Of a DNA stretch of 64,000 nt, positions 28,350 through 36,425 are shown in pieces. Location: assembly GCA_000995415.1 (NCBI GenBank), contig LCEX01000003.1:15470-79469 (forward strand), given 5' to 3'. The notes beneath the pieces were generated by a model. The model worked only from the letters and a program-made list of their open reading frames with translations, did no database searches and was not told the origin of the DNA. The position numbers and the translations under genes were made by a program. This stretch comes from Candidatus Gottesmanbacteria bacterium GW2011_GWC1_43_10. Lineage in GTDB: Bacteria; Patescibacteriota; Microgenomatia; UBA10105. Position 1 is the stretch's first letter. Every line of letters begins with the position of its first letter.

Positions 28350-28630
28350 ACACGAGCAAATCTTTGGCCATAACGGCCTGCCCTGATTTGCTTGTGGGGT
28401 CCGCCTAAGCTCACTTTGTGGCTATTTAATACTATTTCCGCCAAAGGCGGACAGGAGTGCACGCCACAAAGAGTGCTTTAGCGACGGACTTAAGAAGCTG
28501 TATTTTCGTCCTTACAGATAGAAACAGCTTCTGGAGGAGGTGAGTTTCTTGAGTTTTATTTTGGATGGGGAAAAGATGCGGGAACGGCTGGCTCAGATAT
28601 TGAAGCAAGCCCAGGAGGTGGAAACAACTG

Positions 28631-29572
28631 ATGACAATCAACATGATACCAGACAAGAGTCGGGTGCGGCACATACCGGTGCTCTTGAATGAAGTGTTAA
28701 GTGGATTGGAAGTGGAGCCGGGAGGTTGGTTTGTAGATGCCACGGCCGGCAGAGGCGGACATACTAAGGCGATTTTGGAAAGCGGTGGTAAAGTCATAGC
28801 TTTAGATCAAGACCAGGACGCGATAACCGAATTGAAACTTAAGTTTGATCAAGAGTTAAAAGAAGAGAGAGTGGTGATAAAGGAAGGAAATTTTGCGAAT
28901 TTATTGTCCCTAGTAGACAAAGAAAGGATTGGAAAGATCTCGGGAGTACTTTTTGATTTAGGGATGTCAACACAACAGATTTGGGGACCAAGAGGCTTTA
29001 GTTTTTTAAAAAGCGAAGCACTGGATATGCGGATGTCACTCACAAATGAAGTGACTGCTGCAAAAATCATCAATAATTATTCAAGAAACGAGTTGTATGA
29101 AATTTTTCGAAGACTGGGTGAGGAAAACTTGGCTGGCCCAATTGCTGATGCTATTTTTCGCGCCCGTGCCATAAAAAGAATTGAAACTACGGATGAACTA
29201 GTCGAGATAGTCGTAGGAGTATATCATCAAGCGCACGTGCAACAAAAAATTCATCCGGCGACACGGGTGTTTCAAGCTTTGAGGATAGCCGTAAATAGGG
29301 AACTTGAAAATTTACGCCAAGGATTAGAATGTGCTTGGATAGTACTGCGATCCGGTGGCAGATGTGTGGTCATAAGTTTTCATTCTTTGGAGGATCGGAT
29401 AGTCAAACAGTTTTTTTTAAATAAATTGAGGTTGGGTGAAGCCGAATCGGTGACTAAACAGCCGATTGTAGCTAATAGAGTAGAGATAAAAAGCAACCCG
29501 GCTGCAAGGAGTGCCAAACTGCGGATTGCCAAAAAATTGAAGTATGAACAGGACGCGAAAACGCTATTTTAA
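28631..29572 (+). CDS. rsmH: 16S rRNA (cytosine1402-N4)-methyltransferase RsmH (MraW)
   Basis: HIPVLLNEVLSGL...FVDATAGRGGHTKAIL. SD aggaggtgg lies 9 nt upstream of the ATG. Confidence 0.9.
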   Translation: MTINMIPDKSRVRHIPVLLNEVLSGLEVEPGGWFVDATAGRGGHTKAILESGGKVIALDQDQDAITELKLKFDQELKEERVVIKEGNFANLLSLVDKERIGKISGVLFDLGMSTQQIWGPRGFSFLKSEALDMRMSLTNEVTAAKIINNYSRNELYEIFRRLGEENLAGPIADAIFRARAIKRIETTDELVEIVVGVYHQAHVQQKIHPATRVFQALRIAVNRELENLRQGLECAWIVLRSGGRCVVISFHSLEDRIVKQFFLNKLRLGEAESVTKQPIVANRVEIKSNPAARSAKLRIAKKLKYEQDAKTLF

Positions 29573-29867
29573 AACCCAAACAACACCGCGTAGTCGTTGG
29601 ATGTGGCTCGCTGGAAGTGTCGTGGTAGTGTTGTTACTTATCCAAGTCATCGTGTCTAACCGACTTGCAACCAGCGGTCACGATATCACCCGTATCGAGC
29701 AGGAAATCCAAACTGTCAATGAGGAAAATCAACTGTATGCCGAAAAAATTGCTTCGGCCTCGGCACTAATGGCGATTGCCGATAAGGCCAAACAGTTGGG
29801 ATTTGTGACCCCTGTCAATCCTATTTTTTTGACCCGCGACTTGCCGGTAGCGCTTAATTTACAGTGA
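29544..29867 (+). CDS. ftsL: cell division protein FtsL-like
   Basis: 107 aa. A basic N-tail, single TM (WMWLAGSVVVVLLLIQVIV) and a coiled-coil (ITRIEQEIQTVNEENQLYAEKIA) sit between rsmH and ftsI. Confidence 0.6.
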   Translation: MNRTRKRYFKTQTTPRSRWMWLAGSVVVVLLLIQVIVSNRLATSGHDITRIEQEIQTVNEENQLYAEKIASASALMAIADKAKQLGFVTPVNPIFLTRDLPVALNLQ

Positions 29868-29883
29868 ATTCGATCTTCAGATT

Positions 29884-31560
29884 ATGAAACGGCAGACCCT
29901 GGTTTTGCTGATGTTCTTGGGTGGATTTTTGCTCGTAGCAGCTAAACTGTTTTATTGGCAGGTGATAGTTAGTGAACGATTGGTTGAGGCCGCCCGCGAT
30001 CAATATTTTTTTAGCTTGAACTTGCCCCCAGCCCGAGGGAAAATACTTGCAAGTGATGGTAGTCCGATGGTAACCAACAAGACAGCTTATTTAGTGTACG
30101 GTGAACCGAAACAAATCAGTGACCGCAATATATTTGTAAATAAAGTAACTGAAACACTAAAGTTAAGTAAAGAAGACCTGATCCAAAAACTAGCACAAGC
30201 AAATATTGTGTGGGTGTCGATCGCACATCGGGTAGATGAAGGAAAGGCACAAGAACTAAAAAGTATGTCTTTACCAGGCTTGGGGTTTGAGAAAGAAGCG
30301 GTGCGGTTTTATCCTGAAGGTTCCATGGCCGCACAACTTATGGGATTTGTGGGTAGTGACACCAATGGTCAAGATAAAGGTTATTTTGGATTGGAAGGTT
30401 TTTATGACCGGGCCCTCAAAGGCAAACCCGGATCATTACTCCAGGAAAAAGACGCTCAAGGATTACCGCTATTATTAGGTACGGAAAAACGGATTCCGGC
30501 GGAAAATGGCCAGGACCTGGAATTGTATCTTGACCGTTCGGTTCAGTTGATTTTAGAAAATAGATTACAGGCGGGTTTACAAAAATACGGGGCCAAAGCG
30601 GCCATGGTGGCGGTCATGGATCCCAAAACCGGAGGGATTTTGGGGACCGCGGCATTGCCGAAATACGCTCCCGCCGAATTCAATAAAGCCAGTCCGCAGT
30701 CTTTCCCCAACCCACTGGTAGCCAATACTTATGAGCCGGGATCGACTTTTAAAGCTTTGGTGATGGCTGCAGCTTTAAACGAAAAGGTGGTTAAGCCTGA
30801 GACTAAGTACAACGAGACTGGGCCGGTGCCAGTTGGAGAATATTTGATTCGGACATGGAATAGTGAATACCACGGAGATTTGACGATGACCCAGGTGTTG
30901 GAAAAATCCTCAAATCCGGGAATGGTATTTGTAGGGCAGAAACTAGGTAAAGACAAAATGTTGGATTATCTGAATAAATTTGGTTTTGGTCAAAAAAGTG
31001 GCATCGATCTTGAGGAAGAGGCAGCACCAGGTTTGCGATCAGCAGATGATTGGAAAGAGATAGACTTGGCGACCGCCTCTTTTGGTCAGGGTATTGCAGT
31101 CACACCCATCCAAATGTTACGCGCAGTTGGAGTCCTATCCAACCAAGGGAAATTGATGCAGCCTTTGGTGGTCAAAAAAATCATCGACGTCAACGGCAAA
31201 GTCATCGAAAATAAGCCCAGACTTCTATCCGAAGTGATTAAGCCGGCTACGGCCCAGATCATCACTGAAATGCTCATTGCAGCTGTGGATAACGGCGAAG
31301 CTAAGTGGGCTAAACCCAAAGGTTACCGGATCGCCGGCAAAACTGGTACTGCCCAAATTGCTGTGTCCGGCCATTATGATGATAAAAAGACGATTGCTTC
31401 ATTTGTAGGATACGCTCCGGCTGATGATCCCAAATTTGTGATGTTGGTTTTACTTCAAGAACCCACTTCAAGTCCCTGGGGATCAGAGACGGCAGCCCCG
31501 TTGTTTTTTGACATAGCTAAGGACCTATTTGCGTATTACAGTATTTCACCCAAAGATTGA
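29884..31560 (+). CDS. ftsI: peptidoglycan D,D-transpeptidase FtsI / PBP2-class penicillin-binding protein
   Basis: N-terminal TM, then PBP dimer and transpeptidase motifs STFK (YEPGSTFKAL), SSN (EKSSNPGMV) and KTGT (GKTGTAQI). Confidence 0.9.
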   Translation: MKRQTLVLLMFLGGFLLVAAKLFYWQVIVSERLVEAARDQYFFSLNLPPARGKILASDGSPMVTNKTAYLVYGEPKQISDRNIFVNKVTETLKLSKEDLIQKLAQANIVWVSIAHRVDEGKAQELKSMSLPGLGFEKEAVRFYPEGSMAAQLMGFVGSDTNGQDKGYFGLEGFYDRALKGKPGSLLQEKDAQGLPLLLGTEKRIPAENGQDLELYLDRSVQLILENRLQAGLQKYGAKAAMVAVMDPKTGGILGTAALPKYAPAEFNKASPQSFPNPLVANTYEPGSTFKALVMAAALNEKVVKPETKYNETGPVPVGEYLIRTWNSEYHGDLTMTQVLEKSSNPGMVFVGQKLGKDKMLDYLNKFGFGQKSGIDLEEEAAPGLRSADDWKEIDLATASFGQGIAVTPIQMLRAVGVLSNQGKLMQPLVVKKIIDVNGKVIENKPRLLSEVIKPATAQIITEMLIAAVDNGEAKWAKPKGYRIAGKTGTAQIAVSGHYDDKKTIASFVGYAPADDPKFVMLVLLQEPTSSPWGSETAAPLFFDIAKDLFAYYSISPKD

Positions 31561-31587
31561 AGTTCCCACGACCTGATGGTCGGGGAA

Positions 31588-31682
31588 GTAATTGTTCAGA
31601 TTTCCGATAGAAAATCGTCATCGCGAAGGGTCAATGGCCCTGTGGCGATCTCATGAGATTGCTTCGCTACGCTCGCAATGAC
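31588..31682. repeat. family A structured repeat element, copy 1 (about 95 bp)
   Basis: gtaattgttcagatttccgatagaaaatcgtcatcgcgaagggtcaatggccctgtggcgatc-[atctcatgagat palindrome]-tgcttcgctacgctcgcaatgac. 63 of 63 nt of the 5' arm and 17 of 17 nt of the 3' arm match the copy at 43586-43683 (1 mismatch). Confidence 0.85.
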
Positions 31683-31767
31683 AAAATAATAGCGGAAGTG
31701 TGAACCGTTACTCGGGTAATTCCGTGGGCGGATTAAAGCTCTCATGATATAATAGTAAATCTACCTC

Positions 31768-33009
31768 ATGTGGCAAAGATATAAAAATATCTACCATGGC
31801 GTATCGGCTATATTTGCCGCAGTTTATTATGGTTTTCCAGGAAAAAAACTCAAAGTTATTGGAATCACGGGAACTGACGGAAAAACCACGACCACTCATT
31901 TAATTCATCACATTTTAACTTCGGCTCACAAAAAAGCTTCAATGGTGTCTTCGGTATTTGCTGAAATCGCAGGTAAACAGTACGACACTGGATTTCATGT
32001 CACCAGTCCGAATGAGTGGCAAGTACAAAAATTTTTGCAGGAGTCTTTTAAAGCGGGGGAAGAGTATATGGTACTTGAAGTCACTTCACACGCACTTGAT
32101 CAACATCGAGTTGATGGGATTGATTTTGAAATCGGAGTACTAACCAATATCACCCACGAACATTTGGATTATCATAAAACTTATGAAAACTATGTTTCGA
32201 CAAAAGTAAAACTCTTAAAACGAGCTCGGTGTGCGATAGTAAATCGTGACGATGAATCTTTTCGATATATCGATGTATCGAAAAACCAAAAGACAATTAC
32301 CTATGGAATTAAGAATAAATCAGATGTAATGCCTGAAACATTTACTTTTACATCTCCCCTGCCGGGGGAATACAACCTTTATAATTGTTTAGCCGCAATT
32401 GCAGCGTGTCAACAGTTGGGAATCAAAGATGCCGAAATAAAAAAGGCCCTAAAAACATTTAAAGGCGTGAAGGGCAGATTTGAATATTTACCAACTGACA
32501 ATAATTTTGAAGTAATCATTGATTTTGCACATACGCCAAACGGTATTGAAAAAGTACTTTCGACAGTGAAGCCAATGGTGAGGGGAAAACTGATTCATGT
32601 TTTTGGTTCTGCCGGACTTCGCGACCGTTCGAAGCGGCCGATCATGGGTGAAAAAAGTGCGTTATTTGCAGATGTTAGTGTATTAACCGAAGAAGATTAT
32701 AGAACTGAACATGTGGATCAGATCATGGATGAGATTGCTCAAGGTTGCATCTTGCAAGGAGCGAGGGAACTGACGGTTGGTGACTTTGAAAAAGCTTTAG
32801 TCTCAAAAAATAAGGTGTTTTTTAGGATTAACGATCGGCAAACAGCCATTGATTTTGCAATACAAAAGCTGGCTCGGAAAAATGACGTATTGATATTTAC
32901 CGGTAAAGCCCATGAAAAAAGTTTGTGCCGGGGAACAGTTGAATATCCTTGGAGTGAACACGAGGCGATAAGAAAAGCTTTAAAAAAGAATGTGAGTCCC
33001 GATGTGTAG
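31768..33009 (+). CDS. murE: Mur ligase, MurE-like (UDP-MurNAc-L-Ala-D-Glu:diamino-acid ligase) lacking the canonical N-terminal domain
   Basis: P-loop GITGTDGKTTTTHL at residues 33-46. The C-terminal motif IDFAHTPNGIEKVL resembles MurE DYAHTPDAL. Position after ftsI matches dcw order. Confidence 0.65.
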   Translation: MWQRYKNIYHGVSAIFAAVYYGFPGKKLKVIGITGTDGKTTTTHLIHHILTSAHKKASMVSSVFAEIAGKQYDTGFHVTSPNEWQVQKFLQESFKAGEEYMVLEVTSHALDQHRVDGIDFEIGVLTNITHEHLDYHKTYENYVSTKVKLLKRARCAIVNRDDESFRYIDVSKNQKTITYGIKNKSDVMPETFTFTSPLPGEYNLYNCLAAIAACQQLGIKDAEIKKALKTFKGVKGRFEYLPTDNNFEVIIDFAHTPNGIEKVLSTVKPMVRGKLIHVFGSAGLRDRSKRPIMGEKSALFADVSVLTEEDYRTEHVDQIMDEIAQGCILQGARELTVGDFEKALVSKNKVFFRINDRQTAIDFAIQKLARKNDVLIFTGKAHEKSLCRGTVEYPWSEHEAIRKALKKNVSPDV

Positions 33010-33042
33010 ATACAAACCCACACCGGGTGTGGGGTAGCTTCA
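32998..33042 (+). repeat. family C element (cccgatgtgtag...cccacaccgggtgtggggtagcttca) overlapping the murE stop codon
   Basis: Copies lie at 52438-52475 and 62261-62286, with a half copy at 52581-52602. The perfect palindrome ccacacc-g-ggtgtgg was seen directly. Confidence 0.75.
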
Positions 33043-33057
33043 CACCTCGGGATTTAT

Positions 33058-33097
33058 CGTTTCATTATTTCGTTATTCATTATTCGTTATTTGTTAT
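33058..33097 (+). repeat. short tandem repeat (ttcattatttcgttat / tcattattcgttat / ttgttat)
   Basis: Seen directly between the family C element and the pgeF start. Confidence 0.7.
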
Positions 33098-33833
33098 GCT
33101 AATTAAAAATCTCAACCATACTATTTCCTTTTCGCTATTTTCGTTATTTCCCGAACTGGTGTGCGTTGTGTCCGATCGCACTTTGGGAGACTTAAATGTC
33201 GGGCGATTGCCGATTGAAAATGCGCAAACGCTATTAAATCTTTACCAAATTCCCTTGAGTCAATTTGTCGGCATGGAACAAAAACATGGGGTGATAGTTC
33301 GGTTGGTCGATGAAGCAAACATAGGAAAATTGGTTGAAAATACTGATGGTTTGATAACTGTAAATCACCAACTTTTTTTGGGTGTCAAGACAGCAGATTG
33401 TGTACCATTATTTTTCTATGATTCTATTAAAAAAATTGTTGCTGTAGCTCATGCTGGTTGGCAAGGCACATTGGGAAATATCACCGGAAATCTTATCGAA
33501 AAACTTGAAGAGCTTGGATCAGATCCGCAAAACGTGTATGTGGCGATTGGTCCACATATTGGCGGGTGTTGCTATGAGGTGACTGCGGAGCGGGCAAAAT
33601 TATTCCTTGAAAAATTCAGAGACCCAAAAATAGCTTTTCAAAATGAAGGTAAATGGTTTTTGGATATTGGCCAGGCAAACAAAACACAACTTCTCGAAAG
33701 CGGAGTTAAATTAGAGCACATAGATGCTCCACTTACTTGCACGAGTTGTCAAAACGATTTATTCATTTCATTTCGGAAAGACACGAAAGAAACATTTGGA
33801 GAGATGTTGGGTATAATTGGAATTACGAATTAG
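33096..33833 (+). CDS. pgeF: peptidoglycan editing factor PgeF / YfiH (DUF152, laccase-domain) family
   Basis: TADCVPLFFYD and AHAGWQGTLGNI motifs. The ORF is open from 33027, but the upstream codons are repeat sequence, so Met at 33096 is preferred. Confidence 0.75.
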   Translation: MLIKNLNHTISFSLFSLFPELVCVVSDRTLGDLNVGRLPIENAQTLLNLYQIPLSQFVGMEQKHGVIVRLVDEANIGKLVENTDGLITVNHQLFLGVKTADCVPLFFYDSIKKIVAVAHAGWQGTLGNITGNLIEKLEELGSDPQNVYVAIGPHIGGCCYEVTAERAKLFLEKFRDPKIAFQNEGKWFLDIGQANKTQLLESGVKLEHIDAPLTCTSCQNDLFISFRKDTKETFGEMLGIIGITN

Positions 33834-33847
33834 GATTTATACACATT

Positions 33848-33917
33848 GTCATTATCCGGCTTGACCGGATAATCTATACAAATAAAACTTATGGATTCCC
33901 GCTTTCGCGGGAATGAC
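33848..33917. repeat. family E two-hairpin element, copy 2 (gtcattatccgg-cttga-ccggataatc tatacaaataaaacttatg gattcccgc-tttc-gcgggaatgac)
   Basis: It has the same architecture and the same internal linker tatacaa(a)taaaa..atg(a)gattcccgc as 3131-3203. The 3' hairpin is read as MDSRFRGNDK in the murC ORF extension. Confidence 0.8.
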
Positions 33918-33929
33918 AAGCTAAACTAT

Positions 33930-35339
33930 ATGAATCAAGAATTAAAACAAATAAAAAAGATTTATTTTGTGGGGATTAAGGGTGTGGCGATGACAGCGCT
34001 TGCAATAGTGGCCAAAGAAATGGGAAAAGAGGTCAGGGGATCTGATGTTCAAGAAGAATTTCCGACAGATGCCACACTTCATCGATTTAAAATTGCGCAT
34101 GTCAAAAATTTTTCTCCGGAGCATATCACAGATGATATTGATTTAGTAGTTTATACCGGGGCCCATCAGGGAGTCAATAATATTGAAGTCCAAACCGCAA
34201 TCAAAAAAGGGATATCAGTTTTACCACATGGGAAGGCCCTGGGTTTATTTATGCAGGGCAAAAAGGGAATTTCGGTGGCTGGTTCGCATGGCAAAACGAC
34301 CACGTCTGCCATGATCGCCCATGTATTAATCCAAGCCGGACATGATCCGTCTTTTGCCATAGGCTGTGGTAGTATTACTTCGCTTCAGACACCGGCGCAC
34401 GCGGGTAGTGGCGACTATTTTGTGGCAGAAGCCGATGAATATGTGACCGATCCAACTACTGATCAAACCCCGCGATTTTTATGGCAAAGACCCAGTGTTT
34501 TAGTAATAACCAATATAGATTTTGATCATCCTGATGTATATGCCGATTTGGAAGCGGTAAAGGAGGCGTTTGCCGATTTTACAAAACAGATCAGGCCGGG
34601 CGGATTTGTGGTAATAAATGTTGATGATGCCGCAAGCACTTCGCTTCTTCGGAGAATTGAAGCAAAAAAAATTACCTTTGGAAAAACGGCCACAGCGGAC
34701 TTTCAATTAATTAGGGTAAACTTCACTGGAGGCAGAACCAATTTTCAAGTAAAAATAAATGGGCAAAATGAATCTTTTGCTCTCAGTGTTCCAGGAGAAC
34801 ACAATGCGCTCAATGCAGTAGCGGCAATTGCCGTTCTCTTAACATTGGGATTAACTATTGAGCAAATACGGGGCGGACTTGCGAGTTTCGTAGGCACCAA
34901 ACGCCGGTTTGAAAAGATTTCCGAAAAAGGGGGCAAACTGCTATATGATGACTATGCCCACCATCCGGCAGAGATTAGCGCGACTTTGGCTGGAGCCAGG
35001 GTTTGGTTTCCCAAACGCAGAATTATTGCTATTTTTCAACCACACACCTATTCTCGTACCCAAGCACTTTTAAAAGAATTTGCAGCTAGTTTTGGTGCGG
35101 CAGATGTCGTCTTGTTGACTGAAATTTATGCTTCGGCTCGGGAAAAACCAATCCTCGGGATTTCTGGTCGCACTTTATTTAATGTCACACAAAAGCAAAA
35201 ACCCTCGACAGTTTTTACTCCGGGGAAGGCAGATGTGCTACAATATTTAAAGCAAAATAGTCGCCCCAACGACCTCATTTTAACTATGGGAGCAGGTAAT
35301 ATTTTTACTTGGGTACCGGATATTTTACGAATCATTTGA
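33930..35339 (+). CDS. murC: UDP-N-acetylmuramate--L-alanine ligase MurC
   Basis: KKIYFVGIKGVAMTALA (MurC N-domain), GSHGKTTTSAMIAHVL P-loop, and DDYAHHPAEI. The ORF is open from 33891, but that stretch is the repeat, so the start is placed at the ATG at 33930. Confidence 0.9.
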   Translation: MNQELKQIKKIYFVGIKGVAMTALAIVAKEMGKEVRGSDVQEEFPTDATLHRFKIAHVKNFSPEHITDDIDLVVYTGAHQGVNNIEVQTAIKKGISVLPHGKALGLFMQGKKGISVAGSHGKTTTSAMIAHVLIQAGHDPSFAIGCGSITSLQTPAHAGSGDYFVAEADEYVTDPTTDQTPRFLWQRPSVLVITNIDFDHPDVYADLEAVKEAFADFTKQIRPGGFVVINVDDAASTSLLRRIEAKKITFGKTATADFQLIRVNFTGGRTNFQVKINGQNESFALSVPGEHNALNAVAAIAVLLTLGLTIEQIRGGLASFVGTKRRFEKISEKGGKLLYDDYAHHPAEISATLAGARVWFPKRRIIAIFQPHTYSRTQALLKEFAASFGAADVVLLTEIYASAREKPILGISGRTLFNVTQKQKPSTVFTPGKADVLQYLKQNSRPNDLILTMGAGNIFTWVPDILRII

Positions 35340-35341
35340 AT

Positions 35342-36325
35342 ATGGAAATTTTTGAGTTGTTTAAGGATAAGTTGGGTGATAAAGTAAAGACGAATGAACC
35401 TCTGGCGCGCTATACTACGCTTAAAATTGGTGGACCAGCTGAGTATTTCTATGTAGCTAGTACTACTTCGGAAGTATTAAAAGCTGTTTCTACTGCCAAA
35501 ACAGCAAAAATCCGCTTTCTGATTTTGGGTGGCGGATCAAACGTCGTTATTTCCGATCGGGGAATAAAGGGGTTGGTAGTGCGTAATGAATCGCGAAATA
35601 TTGCAGTGGTAAAGCGAATTGGCAAAGTAGCCAAAGGTAAGATGAACGTTTCACAAGCATTGGTTGAGGTCGATGCCGGAGTTTTGATGAATCAGCTGGT
35701 GAGGTTCACTTGTGATGAAGGACTCAGCGGGTTAGAACGGCATCTAGGGCTTCCGGGAACAGTGGGAGGAGCTTTGTACATGAATTCCAAATGGACCAAG
35801 CCGCCAACATACGTCGGAGATGTGGTTTCGACGGCGAAAGTACTGGATCGGGAAGGCAACATGAAAATTGTCGACAAAAAATATTTTGATTTTGCTTATG
35901 ACCAAAGTATTTTACAAAAAACACACGAAACTGTTTTATCGGTGATTTTTTTATTAACCGTGGCTGATAAAAAAAGTTTGTGGGAAACTGCTCAATCTTC
36001 TATGGAATATCGGAAAGCGACCCAACCCATGGGAGTCTCTACAGCCGGATGCACATTTCGCAACATTCCTCTTTCTGATGCACTCCGCCTGGCTACTCCC
36101 AATAATACAACCTCGGCGGGTTTTTTGGTTGACCAGGTGGGTTTAAAGAATTTTCAAATTGGTCAGGCAAAATTTAGTGACAAACATGCCAATTTTATTT
36201 TAAACTTAGGGGGAGCTACTGCAAGTCAGGTCAAAGGTTTGATAGACGAAGCCAAGAAAAGAGTGCTCGAGAAATTTCAGGTGAATATTGAGCCGGAGAT
36301 AGTGTTGTTAGGGGAGTTTAAGTGA
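35342..36325 (+). CDS. murB: UDP-N-acetylenolpyruvoylglucosamine reductase MurB
   Basis: LARYTTLKIGGPAEYF...FLILGGGSNVVISD, the FAD-binding MurB pattern. The ORF is open from 35309. The ATG at 35342 follows the murC stop. Confidence 0.9.
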   Translation: MEIFELFKDKLGDKVKTNEPLARYTTLKIGGPAEYFYVASTTSEVLKAVSTAKTAKIRFLILGGGSNVVISDRGIKGLVVRNESRNIAVVKRIGKVAKGKMNVSQALVEVDAGVLMNQLVRFTCDEGLSGLERHLGLPGTVGGALYMNSKWTKPPTYVGDVVSTAKVLDREGNMKIVDKKYFDFAYDQSILQKTHETVLSVIFLLTVADKKSLWETAQSSMEYRKATQPMGVSTAGCTFRNIPLSDALRLATPNNTTSAGFLVDQVGLKNFQIGQAKFSDKHANFILNLGGATASQVKGLIDEAKKRVLEKFQVNIEPEIVLLGEFK

Positions 36326-36330
36326 TAATT

Positions 36331-36414
36331 CCCTCTCTTAGGTTAAGAGAGGGATAGGGTGAGTTACGAAATAAATCATAACTCCTCCCAACCTCCTCTT
36401 ATCTTAAGAGGAGG
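36331..36414. repeat. two family D hairpin elements in inverted orientation (ccctctcttaggttaagagagggatagggtgagtt ... aactcctcccaacctcctcttatcttaagaggagg)
   Basis: Seen directly. They flank acgaaataaatcat immediately upstream of the murA start. The second hairpin supplies an aggagg SD-like sequence. Confidence 0.75.
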
Positions 36415-36425
36415 AAAAAAAGTAT

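Noticed and set aside
28432-28797. Minus-strand 121-aa ORF spanning the mraZ-rsmH spacer
   Set aside because: It runs antisense across the rsmH start and the palindromic spacer, and its composition is not protein-like.
33891-33929. N-terminal extension MDSRFRGNDKLNY of murC and the analogous MADAGMTNFFFSAQYDYEY extension of ileS (53352-53408)
   Set aside because: These codons are the translation of palindromic repeat elements (gattcccgc...gcgggaatgac). Canonical MurC and IleRS N-termini start at the downstream Met.
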